Source: Mustelus asterias
Taxonomy: Eukaryota
Assembly (NCBI RefSeq): GCF_964213995.1
Contig: NW_027590120.1
Location: forward strand, 248,001-312,000
Direction: 5' to 3'
Length of the DNA: 64,000 nucleotides
This document shows positions 10,556 through 23,690 of the stretch, one piece after another. A program made the position numbers and the translations under genes. Each line of letters begins with the position of its first letter. The stretch's first letter is position 1. Under the pieces are notes generated by a model, which was not told the origin of the DNA, made no database searches, and saw only the letters and a list, made by a program, of their open reading frames with translations.

Positions 10556-13500
10556 AAACGGTGTAAAAGACACTCCACACTGCTCACTGCACCTTGTGCG
10601 ATCTTGCTGCAGAACTTGTTTTAAAACGTTGTCTCAGTGTTAAGAGAGAGTTTCATCTTTCCAGGGAAGTGAAGGGAATTCTCCAGACTTGGGACAATGT
10701 ACACATACAGATTGGAAGGTGTGTGCGGCTTTTTGTTGGGTGCAGTGGGGGAAGGGGCTCACAGCTGGTGTGAGGATGGGGGCAGGGGAAGGGCTGCGTC
10801 TCATTTGATTAGTTTCACAGTGCAGCTGCTGTGGGATCTTGCTGTGCACGCACTGTCCTGGGCCCTTTGCCTGCCTTGAAACAATGATCAACCTCTTTGA
10901 AAATAGTTCACTGACTGCAAAGAAGGTTCCAAGGCCTTGAATATAAAAAAGCTTAAACTTGAAAAATGGGACTGAGGGAATTCATGAACACTTTGTGCAG
11001 AGGACTGAAGGGACATTCAGCCAAAGTCACATTGCTGCCTGTGGGATCTTACTGTGCGACCAATATTCCAGCCTCAGTTTGTACATTAATACAAGAAACA
11101 CACACAGAAAACAATCATAAACTTTGAACTGAATTTTGAAACTGCCTCTGTGCTTTGGATCTTCCTGTGCACAAGTTATATCAGAAATCTCTAAACTAGC
11201 AGCAGTGAGGTCAGATTGAAAATTACTGTCATCACTGTAAATAATTATTGGTGGTCTGGAATGAAAGTTCTTTAACTTGAGGCGGTGTAATTGTGGAATA
11301 ATAAATGTGTCTGAGGCAGAGAGATAAATGTGAGGGTGAAATGAAATGCACAGGGTTCCATTTGAACACAGTTTGCTGTAGTGGTGATTGTCGGCGCTCT
11401 CACTCTATCTCTGTTGTTGCGAAGCTGGGTTTGTGAAGTGTGGTCCCTTTAAGAGCGGGTTTTGTGTCCCTTTAAATTTGGACTTGTGTCAATGCTTGGA
11501 GGCTTAAAATGCAGGTACAGACAGAGTACCAAGACTGCAAGATTTGTCGCAAAGACCAAGCATCAAGGTTGCCTTAGTGACAGGCTTTGCAGGCTTTTGA
11601 ATTTTGAGTTCAGCCTATCTGTTCAAAGAAGACACTCAGCTATCAGGAATCTATCAGATGTTAATTTATTGTAGTGGACAAGATCAGATCAGTCCTGGTG
11701 CAGGAAAATTCAGAGGTCATCACAGTTATAAAAATAGGAGATCAATCTCCTGCCTGCAGTTCAACTGAAGTTCTGCCACCTTTCAAAGCCGAGAGAGGGA
11801 AAGAACAGCTCTCTCCAGCTTTGAATGTCACTTAATAGACCTCTCTATTCATTTATCTGAATCAGAAATAACTTGCAGGCAGCAGAATAGAAAGACGAAT
11901 GCCAAACGCTTTCCAAAGCCACAAAACCTAGTTGTGTACATTTTTGTGAGTGACTAAATCATGTTCTTTTTTTTCTGTTAATGAAAGTCCTTGTGTTTAT
12001 TTGAACAGCATTCCAGTAGAATCTTACTGTAATCACAATGTTACTTCTTTAACTAAAGTTCCCTGTTGTTTAAATAATTCAATTATTAATTGTTCACTTC
12101 AAGTTAGGGTCAGATATTTCTGTTGTTAGCCACTAAATGCTAATGAAGAATAGTTCACACCTTCCCACACTCCTTTCACAGATTACAAAGCAAGGTGTTC
12201 CTCTTTGAGAATTTGACGTGGCTTGTTAAAAGGGCATCAACCTCTGTCTCATGACACTGCCTCTCTACCTGTGTCTCTGTATCTCCATTGTGTGGCTTGT
12301 GAGAGAGGAAGTGACAGAGTTGGGAGACAGGCTGAGGAAGGGCTGATGTTACGGAGTGATCGAGAAAAGAGAGGATCAGGTAAAACAGGGGGAGAGATAG
12401 CTGAACATTGTGGAGTTGGGGTGGAGGGAAAATGGCACAGAAGTTGGGGGTAGAGATTTTCCTGTGTGCAGTCACTGCTGATGTCCCTGTCACATCTTTC
12501 CAGAAAGTATGATTTTCAAGCACTCCAATCCTGAGACAGCCTGTTTTGAAATGTATCCTGAGGAAATGAACAGCGTCTTCCCGATTGAGGTTTTAGCCAC
12601 TTGTCGGCTGGGTTGGGCGTTGTGGAAACAGTTCTGCCCATGGGATCCTGCTGTGCATCAATGACATGCAGCGTATACAGAACTGCAAATGGTAACCACA
12701 CAACTTAAAAAGCAATTTAGCTCAGTGACGATAAAGCACATGGGAGGTAGGAGGGGATAAAAAATCAAACTCCTGGCCTTGGTGAAGGCTTGTTCTCAAT
12801 CCCTGTGTCCTGTTTGCGTTTTTAGACAGGGTGGTGCGAGTTGGAGGATTTATTATTTTTTGAGTGGAGTGGGAAGGGAAGGGGGTTCAATATCTCGGCC
12901 TCTGTCACCATAACTTTCCATCCATTTGTTTCAATGTTGCATCCTGTAATTAATAAAAAATAAAATCCCCTTGCGTTTTGTTTTATTGTTGTGGGGTGTA
13001 TGAGGGGTATGCGGATCGGACAGATGATGGGGAACGGTGGTCCTCATTTCCCTCTTGCCCATTCCATCCGTATGTTGGATTTTTTGAGGCTGGAAAGGAC
13101 AGTTCTGTTTCACTGCGGTGGGAAGAATCCTGTTCTTTCTCCCCAAGGTTTGTTGCATTCTCTGTGACTGGGCCTCAATTGAAGCCCTAATCTCAGGGGC
13201 CTCGGGATGCCTTTTCCATTCGCTTCATTCCATAAAGTTACTGTGTTTAATTTTATGCGATCAATCGTTAAATAAAACTGCAGCAGCCACGTCAACTCAT
13301 TTCACTCAGGATGCAATTGTCGGTTTTCCAACTCTCTCACCCAACGTTGTCGTCAGATTATGTCATCAGTGAAGGAGAGAGAGAAAAAGAGGAGGGTGTA
13401 AGAGAGAGAAATAGAGAGGGAGAGAGAAGCCCGAGAGGAAGAGAGAAGTGAGAAGATAAATTGTCGTTGGCAGGGGGGTGCGGTCGATTGGGGGGAGCGG

Positions 13501-13559
13501 GGACGTGGTTTGGGCATCTTCCACTGTTTTATGCCAGCCGAGCCCCCCAGTCATTGAAA

Positions 13560-15400
13560 CATATAAACTAGAAGCATGAGTAGGAGCCTGCGCCGCCATT
13601 CATTTTTAATGCGGCTGACCATCAAATTTAATGTCTTGATCCCCCCTTACCCCAAATGCTTTGATCCCATTAGCCCCCAGAGGTATATCTAATTTATTTT
13701 TGAAATCAAAGAACGACTGTGAATTCCACATATTCACGACCCTCTGACTGAAGAAATTTCTCCTCCCCTCAGTTCCCTTATCATCAAACTAAGACAGCTA
13801 GTTTGAGACTCCCCCACTATTGGTAACATTCTTTGTGAGTGGACCCTGTTTGAATTTTATAAGTTTCTATGAGATCTCCTCTCACTATTCTGAATGCATT
13901 TGCCTGAGCAACATTCGGTAGGAGTGAATTCCATACATTCACCACCCTCTGACTGAATAAATTTCTACTCACCTGAGTTTGAAAAGCTTGGTCCCGAACC
14001 CTAAAACTATGACCCCTGGTTCTCGACTCCCCCACCATTGGTAACATTCTTTCTGAATCGACCTTGCTACATTCTGTTAGAATTTAATACGCTTCTATGA
14101 GGTCCCCTCTCACTCTACAAATTTTCATTGAACATAATACTAACCAATCTAATCTCTCCTCATATGTCAGACCTGCCATCCCAGGAATCAGCCTGGCAAA
14201 CCGTCGTTGGACTTCCTCTATAGCAGGGACATCCTTCCTCAGATAAGGACACCAAAACTGTGCAAACATCTCCAGGTGTGGCCTCACCAATGTTCTAGAA
14301 ATTGCAGCAAATCATCCCTGTCCCGAAATAGGAATAATCTCGCGATGAAAGCTTGCAGACCATTTGGCTCCATTACTGCCTGCTTTACATGCCTGGTTCC
14401 TTGTAGTGAATGATGCACGAGGAGACCAAGGTTTTGATGAGTACCACCTCCCTCAATTTACACCCATTCAAGTTATAACTTTACTTCCTAATATTCCTAC
14501 CGATATCCTCACAGTGATCCACATTAAACTGCATCTGCCATGCGTATGACCACACACTCAGCCTCTCCAAATCACGCTGAATATACTCTGCATCCTCCTT
14601 ACAGTTCACCCTCCCACCCAGCGCCGTACCATCTACAAATTTGGAGATGATGCATTCAGTAACCCTTCTGGAAGACTATTTAAACCACATCCACTGGCTC
14701 CCCTCGGTCAACTCTACCAGTTCCACCCTCAAACAATTCCAAGATATTCCCATCATGATTTCACTTTTGTAAATCCATGCTGAATTTGTCTGAATATGGC
14801 ACGGCCTTCCAAATGCCAAGTTAGGAAATCTTTGAAATTTGACTCTTGCAACTTCCCCAGCACCGACGTTAGGCTCACTGGTCTATAGTCACTGTTTTCT
14901 CTCTACAATCCTGTCTGAATACCGGGCTTGCATTAGCTACCCTCCAATCTGTACGAACCAGCCCAAAGTCCAATAAAATTGGAAAATAGCCACCATTAGA
15001 TCGGCTATTCCCAGGAAGACTTCCCTAAGTACTCTGGGATGAAGATTATCAGGACCTAGAGATTTATCCACCTTGAATCCCATCAATTTCCCCAAAACCA
15101 TTTCTCTACAAATGCAAAGTTTCGTCTGTTTCTCTCTAAAACTTGTTCCTCTCTGAACTTTTGATATATTCTTCATGTCTTCCTTTCTGAAGATGGAAAC
15201 AATGTACAATTTAATTCCTCAGCTATTACTTTGTTCCCCGTTATGGGATCTCCCGTTTCTGACTGCAAAGATCCTAGTTTGTCAATCTGTTTCTCTTTAC
15301 ATACCGATAGACATTTTTGACGTCAGTTGTCATGTTCCACGGTAGATTACTTTCCCACTCTTTTTTCTTTCCTTAATCATTCCCTTGCTCCTCCCAAAAG
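13560..15400 (-). mobile_element. degenerate CR1 LINE fragments (two adjacent 3' portions)
   Basis: KVDKSLGPDNLHPRVLRE, VRPHLE...FWCPYLRKD and GDLIEAY motifs, followed by a 3'UTR near 13565. Confidence 0.85.
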
Positions 15401-16199
15401 GCTGGATTGTTAAACAGTGACTGTGTTCCTGAGGGTGAATCGATGATGGTGTGTTTTAGCTTTTCACCAATCCACACCTACAATTGTGTTTTCTGTCTGG
15501 CTGCTCCCACATTGCAATGTAATTGTGGGATCTTGCTCTGCAGGATGACCAGCAGGATTTCTGAAATGACACAGGAACATTTTATTTTCCTCAGAGCCCC
15601 TCTAACCCTCCTGCTGCTGACCTTAATCTACACACCTTGCACATTGACCCACCTGCTAAGGGGATAACGTTTCTTCTTAACTATCCTATCTATGTTCCTC
15701 TTACTTTTGTACACGTCAGTGGCGACCACGCTCGGTGTTCACTGTGTGAAGGAAAGCAACCCTCGCCTAACCAGACTGTCTTCATTGCAGAAAAACTGCG
15801 GCCCAGGTAACATCCTGGTGAATCTCCTGTGCATTCCTTCCAGAGCAATCACATCCTCCATCTAGTGAGGCCAGTGTACTCCTCAGAGTATTCTCGCTGA
15901 AGACAAATGAGTGTTTCATACAGCGCCATCATGAACTCCCTGCTCCTAGCTTCTACACCTCGACTAATAAGGAAAATTGTCATGCCTGCCTTCTTAAGCA
16001 GCTGATCATCAGAAGTTACCCACTGGAATGGAAAACAACAGAAGGTTCATGTTTTTTGTTGAGTTCAAATAGAAATTAAATTTAAAAAAATCCAAAGAGC
16101 CGTTGTCCAGTCACAACCTCAACATAAAAATGAATAAATGAACTAACTTCAAAAGAGTAAAAAAAATGTCAAGTAACACAGGCATAAATAAAGAGCATT

Positions 16200-16910
16200 C
16201 ATCACATATTCCAAAATTAAGATCAATATTGACAGATTTCATTGAATAATTTTAGCAATTATCAGGAATGTTGATGTCCGACACATGGCGTTTCTAGATG
16301 CCTTCAGTGAGTTAACACTTAACAGACGCATGAGTGATCTCAGTGCAAGTGGAGTTAGAGAAACAGCAGCAGAATGACTCGAAGCTGGCTACAAAGATGC
16401 AACATAGGGAGTAGGAGTTAAAGGGATTTTCTCTGATTGCCGGAAGGTGGGCAGTGTTTTTCCACAAGGATCAGCGCTGGGGTCCTTTACCATTCACATG
16501 AACAACATGGAATCAGGAAGCAAAATTAACATTTCAAAATTTACAAACCAATCCAAACTGAAAATGAGAATGACCAGAGTGGAAGAATCCAACTCAACAC
16601 AATAACACATTCATAATAAATTATAAATTTGCAAATTGGGTTTTAGAATTGGAAATTAATTCCACCACAGCTCAACGTCGGATTCTGCGTTCTGAACAGA
16701 ACAATATGTTTCCCAATCAGTCTGTTGAAATCAAGTATCTGAATGCTTTCGAGGAGTTTCGGGCTTCAGGTGATCAGATACACAAATCGCTTTAAGAAGC
16801 AGCACAGTTTAGACAGAACCACAACAATCCAGAAAAAAAACATTGGAGTTCATTTATAGATTAATGGAAATGTGAACAAATCACAATATATTTGACAATC
16901 ACTGAATACT
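16200..16910 (+). mobile_element. highly decayed CR1 RT fragment
   Basis: CCACAAGGATCAGCGCTGGGG (PQGSALG) and flanking remnants of CR1 RT. Confidence 0.55.
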
Positions 16911-17671
16911 GCACGGTTTGTAATTGGTTTGTTTAAATATCAGGAACGAGCTGAAACTTCTTTATTTTCAATACAAAGCCGAGGTATGGAGAAATTTCAC
17001 ATCATACACTGACCACCAAACAAAGCCAAACTCTTCCTGTTTTCAGCAAATTCCAGAGATAAAAGACTGAGGCAGCTCCACAGAATGGGCATCTCACTCA
17101 CCAAATTAAAATAGTAGTTCTTTAAAATTGAACCAACTTATTTCATTCCAATTCTTTTCCTAAACACAATACAATTCTACATCGACAGATATAAATGGAG
17201 ACTTCGATCAGATATCCTACTCAGGTGAAAGAACCACAATCAGTGCAATTTTACACTGACAAATATACCCTGCAATACTTGTTCACTGGGTGTCAGGTCT
17301 TCCACTCTGGTTAGTGTTCCACATTCAAATTTCGATTATATTCTTACTCCCACTAAATATTATTTCAGAGAGATCGCCTTCACTGAGGTCCAATCTTACA
17401 ATAGATAAGATTGAGTCGTTCACTCCTCAATACATTAATTTCATTGAGTAGTGAGCCCGTGAATAACATACAGAGACTCATTTTCAGTTGATAAAAAGGA
17501 TTAAAACCACAGAGATATTTCAAGCCATTTGATTTCAGTAAATTACATCGTTGACCTGGTCTCTTTATAACAGTGACCATGAGATCAGCATGGAGCATTG
17601 TCAGTCAGATTTTAAATCAGAGAGCCGTTCACACACATATTTGCACAACCTCAATGATTAGAATCACTCAC

Positions 17672-17738
17672 CGGGAACACCAATAATGGCGATGATTGGG
17701 TAGAATATTTTCTCAGCTATCTGAACTGGATACAGCAT
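17672..17738 (-). CDS. GPR139-like GPCR, exon 1 (MLYPVQIAEKIFYPIIAIIGVP plus phase-1 G)
   Basis: ATG at 17738-17736; 67 nt ending CCC G|GTGAGT donor. Phase 1 joins exon 2 (G|TT AAT = V N), giving 963 nt = 320 aa plus stop. The intron lies within TM1, as in vertebrate GPR139. Confidence 0.88.
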
Positions 17739-17799
17739 CTTCGGTGTGAAGTGATGTGTCCCTTCGAGCTGCTGACAGTCTCTCTGACTTTAACATCTG

Positions 17800-17814
17800 A
17801 CGTTATATATTCCC
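17800..17814 (-). promoter_or_regulatory. candidate TATA box for the GPCR gene
   Basis: GGGAATATATAACG on minus, about 65 nt upstream of the ATG. Confidence 0.45.
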
Positions 17815-18659
17815 AAAGCCTTTAATTTATACGCCGTAATGTCACCTGAGGGACATTGCGGCAGCAACCTGGTTTGAAGTTTTTTTTAAAATATATGAAC
17901 AAACAGATTACGACATTGAGTTCAGTGATGGAAAATATTTATTTTTAGTACTGACTTACTTTGAGTGGAAAGATGCTGTCCATTCAAACACCTTCAGTCC
18001 CATCTCGAGATCTCAGAAAGTTTCAGTGGCATCTGTCACTGGACTGTGATATTTCAGTGATTGAGTTTCAATTGTTACCGTGTCTCTCTGTATGATTTTT
18101 AACAGTGGGCATTCTGCAATGTGATTTAAGTGGGTTAGAGTTTGGCATGAATTGCAAAATTATGTTGATCAATAATTTGGAACTATTTAGTCTGCAAATA
18201 AATTTGTTTTTTATCCCGAAATCTAATGCAGCTTCTCAAACTGAGAAAATATTCAGAAACAATGGGACATCTCAGAAAATTCAGACCCTGCAGCTGATAC
18301 CAACACATCACCTCTGAGAGCGGTAAAATAACAGATTTAACTGTGATGAGCAATACACAGGCTCCAAATGGCACTGGACCCACATCTGATACAGTGTTCA
18401 GAAATGTGCTCAGATGTGGAAGGAGAGAGATAAGTACGAGAGAGAGGGACAATTTGTGGGATGGGCTGAATCTAGAAAGGGTGCGAGGCTGGGAAAATGA
18501 AAGGATAAGAGTGAGAGAGAAAGACTGAGTGAGTGAAAGTGAAAAAGAGGAAGACAGAAGGATAGATAGGGCGGGATTGCGGGCGTGATGATGGGGGAAG
18601 CAGTTATTGTGAGAGGAATGGTGTTCATGACAGTAACAACTTAGAGAGAAGTCAGCTCC

Positions 18660-19455
18660 GTTGGTTATGAGGAGAGGTTGCATAAACCAGGATTGTTTTC
18701 AGTGGAAAGACGGAGGCTGAGGGGTGACCTGATCGAGGTTTACAAAATTGTGGGAGGCACAGACAGTTTGGATAGTCAGAAGCTTTTCTGCAAGGGTGGA
18801 AGTGTCAATTACAATCGTGCCGTGATTCCAAATGCACGAGGAAATATTAAAGGAGATGTGTGGGGGATGTATTTCACACAGAGAGTGTCGGTGCCTGGAA
18901 TGTGTTGCCAGAGGAGGTGGTTCAATCAGGCACATTAGCAACTTTTAAGATGCATCTGGATTGATACATTAATAGGAGGTAAGAGGGATACAGACCGAGT
19001 AAGCACAGCAGTTTTTATTTAAAATACGGCATCATGATCAGCACAGGTTTGGAGGGTCATAGAATCATAGTAACCATACAGCACAGAAAGAGGCCATTCG
19101 GCCAATCGAGTCTGCACCGACCACAATCCCACCCAGCTCTACCCCCCTATCCCTCCATACTTACCCACTAATCCCTCCAACCTACGCATCTCAGGACACT
19201 AAGGGCAAATTTAGCATTGTCAATCAACCTAACCCGCACATCTTTGGACTGTGGGAGGAAAGCGGAGCACCCGGAGGAAACCCACGCAGACACGAGGAGA
19301 ATGTGCAAACTCCACACAGACAGCGACCCAAGCTGTGAATCGAACACAGGTCCCTGGACCTGTGAAGCATCAGTGCTAACGACTGTGCGACCCTGCTGCC
19401 CTAGGTCGAAGGGCCTGTTCCTGTGCTGTCCATTTTTTTGCCCTTTGTTCTTTGA
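18660..19455 (+). mobile_element. CR1 3' fragment interrupted in its 3'UTR by a SINE
   Basis: GLFSVERRRLRGDLIEVYKI; the 3'UTR GGAGGGTC...GAAGGGCCTGTTCCTGTGCTG is split by the SINE. Confidence 0.85.
19058..19400 (-). mobile_element. V-domain tRNA-derived SINE (HE1-like) with CR1-derived tail
   Basis: tRNA-like head, V-domain GTGTCTGCGTGGGTTTCCTCCGGGTGCTCC, and CR1-type tail with (TCTATGA)-like repeats. Confidence 0.88.
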
Positions 19456-19499
19456 GAGTGTGTGCATCAGGAAACACGCAACTGGGGTAAGAGAGAGAC

Positions 19500-20340
19500 C
19501 GCAAGGCTGTGCTCCTGCTACAGGCTTACATGCAAAGGCTAAAGCGGGATGATCCATCAAATAATGTCATGTAATGTTGGTCTGAGGAATCGAAAGATCT
19601 CCTATGTGACTGTTTGGAGTCCGTGGACTGGTCAGTATTTAAAAACTCTGCGACCAGCCTGAACGAGAACGCCACTACAGTAACTGACTTCATGAGGAAG
19701 TGTGTAGAAGACTGTGTGCCCAACAAGATATTCCCTGTGTTTGCCAACGAGAAACCATGGATGAACAGGGATATCAACTGGTTACTGAGGTCTAGGTCTG
19801 AGGCGTTCAACTCTGACCGATAAAAGAAAGCCAGATATGATCCACACAGGTCCATCAAAAATGTCAAGAAGCCAGAACCGGACCAAGCTTTTGTCCCATC
19901 CGAGCCACACGGGCCCCCACCGGCTATGCCAAAGTCTGCAAGACATAGCAGGCTACAAGATCAGGGCATGTAAAATCGCTGGCTCAAACGGATCCCTCGC
20001 TAATAAGCTCAATGTGTTCTATGCCTGTGTTAAGCATGAGGTCAGCGGCAACATGCCCTCCACCCCGGACACCTCGGATGAAGCTGTGTCTGAGGTCACC
20101 ATTGCAGATGTCAGGACAGCATACTCGAAAGTCAACCCATGGAAAGCGACTGGCCCGGATGGGGTCCCCGGACAAGCACTCACACCCTGCATGGATCAAC
20201 TGGCGAAGGTATTCACAGTCATCTTCAAACTCTCTTTACAACAATCTGAGTTCCCGATCTGCTTCAAGAATACGACCATTATCCCAGTAGAAAAGATAAA
20301 ACAAGCAGCGTGCCTTAATCACAATCGTCTGGTGGCATTT
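19500..20340 (+). mobile_element. Rex1/Babar-type LINE ORF fragment
   Basis: ESVDWSVFK...CVEDCVP...NEKPWMN and KVNPWKATGPDGVPG...CMDQLAKVF...FKNTTIIPV motifs. Confidence 0.8.
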
Positions 20341-20344
20341 AAAT

Positions 20345-21677
20345 CGAATTAATGAACTGCCCGCCCAACTCAATCAGCATTCCCGACTGTACCACCGCGT
20401 TTGCCGATCCCAAATCGCGCTTTTAGCGACTTGCTAAATAAAAGTCTGAAGCGGGTGCTCCAGACTCTGAAGAGCGCGTTCAGTGTTTCCAACGGCTCTC
20501 TGGCTCAGACCAGTGAAGGGGGGGGGGGGAGGAGGGAGGCGGGCCAGCTCATTCTCTGGTTGGAGGGGGGAGGCGGGGAATTAGGTCAGATCGTTGTCTG
20601 GTTTGGGGAGGGGGGGGTGGGGAGGAGGAGGAGGCGGGTCAGATGTATCTCTGGCGGGAGGGGGGGCTGGAAAGGGCCGATAGTTGTCTGGTTGGGGGGG
20701 GGGGGGGAAGAAGGAGGAGGCGGGTCAGATGCATCTCTGGCGGGGGGGGGGGGGGGGGTTGGAGTGAGCCCAGACCATTATCTGGGAGGGGAGGGGGAGG
20801 ACAGATCGTCGTATAAGGGTGGGGGGATGGAGTGAGCCAGATCGTTGTATGGAGGGGGGGGGGGCGCTGAGGCCGAACCAGTCTCTGTGGGGGAAGGGGG
20901 GGAGGGAGTGAGGCCAGATCATTGTATTGGGGGGAAGGGAGTGAGGCCGGATCGTTGTCTTGGAGGGGAGGGAGGCGGGTAAAATGTATCTCGGATAGGG
21001 GGGGCAGATGGATATCTGGTGGGGGGTCAGACGCAGCCGAGGTGATGGGGGGGGCGGGGGGGAAGTGATCTCTGGTGGGGGAGGCAGGGGGTCCGCTGCC
21101 ACTCTGCGGGCGATCGGTGGCAGGGGAAGTGGGCAGTGGTGGCGATCGGTCTGGGTAGTGGGGGGGTTAATAATGGGGACACACACACAACATTGTCCCC
21201 CTTATCTACCACCCCCCACTACCCAGACCGATGGCCACCCTGCCCCCCTCACCCCCCTCCCCCCCATCGATCGCCCACAGAGTGGCAGCGGACCCCCCTG
21301 AGCCCCCCGCACCCCCACCAGAAATCCATTTGCCCCCCCCACCAGAGATCCATCTGCGCTCCCTCCCCCCCCCCCCCCACGTCCTGCTCCGAGATGCACC
21401 CTCACTCCCGCTTGTCACTGCCGGGCCGCTTTCTCTGCTCTCTGCTTTCTGCAGGTCGGAAATGATCCGACACAGGCGCGCTTTTTCCAGTATTTCTCTA
21501 ACTGCGCATGCACAGTTCAGAACTCAGAACGTTCCAGCAGCGCTCAGTCCCGCCCACAGCGCGAATGGGACTGGAGATGGCTGAGAGCGTATGGGGGCAC
21601 CTGAAAGCAGATTTCTAAGTCAGATCTGTACTCTGCCCAGATTCGGCACTTATAATGAAAATGGTAAAATCGGGCCC
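20345..21677 (-). mobile_element. GC-rich non-autonomous DNA transposon with internal hairpin (terminus GGGCCCGATTTTACC, Harbinger-like)
   Basis: 21400-21677 is the reverse complement of 34993-35270. Internal inverted repeat at about 21007-21180 / 21194-21357. Superfamily assignment is inference. Confidence 0.6.
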
Positions 21678-21691
21678 TTGGTCTGTTGTTG

Positions 21692-21977
21692 TAGGGGGCA
21701 AGGCCTCAAAATAAGGGGAAGCACATTTCGGACTGAGTTGTGGAGGAACTTCTTCACACAAAGGGTTGTGAATCTGTGAAATTCCCTGCCGAGTGAAGCA
21801 GTTGAGGCTGCCTCATTGGACGTTTTTAAGGCAAGGATAGATAGATTTTGAACAGGAAAGGAACTATTAGCTATGTTGAGCGCGCAGGTAAGTGGAGCTG
21901 AGTCCACGAAATGATCAGCCATGATCTTATTGAATGGCGGATCAGGCCTACTCTGCTCCTCGTTCTTATGTTCTTAT
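21692..21977 (+). mobile_element. CR1 3' fragment
   Basis: FRTELWRNFFTQRVVNL and a (TTCTTATG)n tail. Confidence 0.85.
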
Positions 21978-22106
21978 CTTCTTCTGTTTACGCCAGGCAT
22001 CAGTTTTATTCATAACACTGGGCATCTTATTACAGAGACTGGCTGTTTACTGAGGTCATGCTAGTGCTTGAAATTAGTGAGCACGTAAATAATCATCGGA
22101 GAACTA

Positions 22107-22137
<31 letters not shown>

Positions 22138-22739
22138 CACGTGCGCGCGTGCAAAACTTTACGTTTGTCTGTTAGTGTGTGCATGTGTGTGCATGGTTTT
22201 CTGTGTCCAATTTCGGTCACCACACTGCCAGAAGGATGCGGACAGGGTACAGAAAAGGTTTACCAGGACGTTGCCTGGCATTAGTTATGAGGGGAGATTG
22301 AATAAACTGTGATTGTTGTCCCTGGAAAGACGGAGGCTGAGGAACCATCGGATAGAAGTTAAAAAAATTATGAGAGGTATATTTTTTTTGTTCGAAGTGG
22401 TGCAGGACAGAGGGAGAGATTCTCAGCAGGAGTACTGAGGGTGAGTAAAGTGCTGTGATTTATTTATTTATTTAATCCGTTTTTTCGCGGGCTTTTTTCA
22501 AGGGTTTAAACGAAAGGAAGTGGGAGTAGGCTGCAGGGGATTCTGGGAGATTGTGTTTTTTAGTGTAAAAGTCACTCTATACAGCGGGCAGCGTTGGGAG
22601 CGGGCAGTGGAGTGAGTGGGAAGCTGAGTGAAAGCTGTAAGGGCTTTGGCTCACAGGGCATAGGCAGAAAGGGCGAGCAGGGGTGAGCTTAATTCATTTT
22701 TGCTGTTTCTACCTGGTACTGGCAAGGTATCTCGAGGGG

Positions 22740-23690
22740 ATGGATGTGCAAGCAGTGCAATCTTCCTCTTGCACTATGTTTAAGGTGAGGGACGACGTCA
22801 GTGTCCCTGCTGATTACATCTGTGGGAAGTGCACCCATCTGCAGCTCCTCCAAAGCCGTGTTAGGGAACTGGAGCTGGAGTTGGATGAACGTCGGAACAT
22901 TAGGGAGGCAGAGGTGGCCATAGACAGAAGCTTTAGGGATACAGTTACTCCAAGGAATGAAAATAGATGGGTGACGGTGAGAGGGGCTGGGAGGAAGCAG
23001 TCAGTGCAGGGATCCCGTGTGGTCGTTCCCCTTAGCAACAAGTATTCCGCTTTCGATATGGTTGAGGGGGACGACATACCAGTGGTGAGCCGCAGTGAGA
23101 GGATCTCCAGCACTGTGTCCATCTCTGTGGCTCGGGAGGGTAAGGGGGAGAGCGGGAGGGCAATAGTTATTAGGGACTCGTTAGTTAGAGGGATAGATAG
23201 GAGGTTCCGTGGCAGCAAAAGAGACTCGAGGATGGTATGTTGCCTACCGGATACCGGGGTCCGTGACGTCTCGGACCGTGTCTTCCGGATTCTTAAGGGG
23301 GAGGGGAAACAGTCACAAGTCATGGTGCACATTGGTACCAACGACATAGGTAAGAGAAGGGACGGGGATTTGAAACAGGAATTTCGGGAGCTGGGCAGGA
23401 AGCTGAGAGCCAAGACGAAACATGTGGTCATCTCTGGTGCGTTGCCACGTGATAGCGAGTTGAGGAACAGGGAGAGAGTGCAGTTAAACATGTGGTTGCA
23501 GGGATGGTGTAGGAGGGAGGGTTTCAGATACGTGGATAATTGGAACACATTCTGGGGAAGGTGGGACCTGTACAAACAGGACGGGGTGCACCTGAACCAG
23601 AGGGGCACCAATATCCTGGGAGGGAAATTTGATACGGCTCTTCAGGGGGGTTTAAACAATTTGTCAGGGGAGTGGGAAAAGGAGTTGTAG
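22740..23690 (+). CDS. CR1 ORF1 (zinc finger/leucine zipper plus SGNH esterase), outer element
   Basis: CGKC...LELELDE coiled coil; esterase blocks RDS (for GDS), HIGTND and DGVHLN. Confidence 0.85.
   Translation: MDVQAVQSSSCTMFKVRDDVSVPADYICGKCTHLQLLQSRVRELELELDERRNIREAEVAIDRSFRDTVTPRNENRWVTVRGAGRKQSVQGSRVVVPLSNKYSAFDMVEGDDIPVVSRSERISSTVSISVAREGKGESGRAIVIRDSLVRGIDRRFRGSKRDSRMVCCLPDTGVRDVSDRVFRILKGEGKQSQVMVHIGTNDIGKRRDGDLKQEFRELGRKLRAKTKHVVISGALPRDSELRNRERVQLNMWLQGWCRREGFRYVDNWNTFWGRWDLYKQDGVHLNQRGTNILGGKFDTALQGGLNNLSGEWEKEL

Noticed and set aside
11377-12180. Possible solo LTR (TGT...ACA)
   Set aside because: No matching TSD and no second copy in the window; cannot be supported.
20401-21584. 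Gly/Pro-rich ORFs
   Set aside because: Products of G/C homopolymer-rich transposon sequence.
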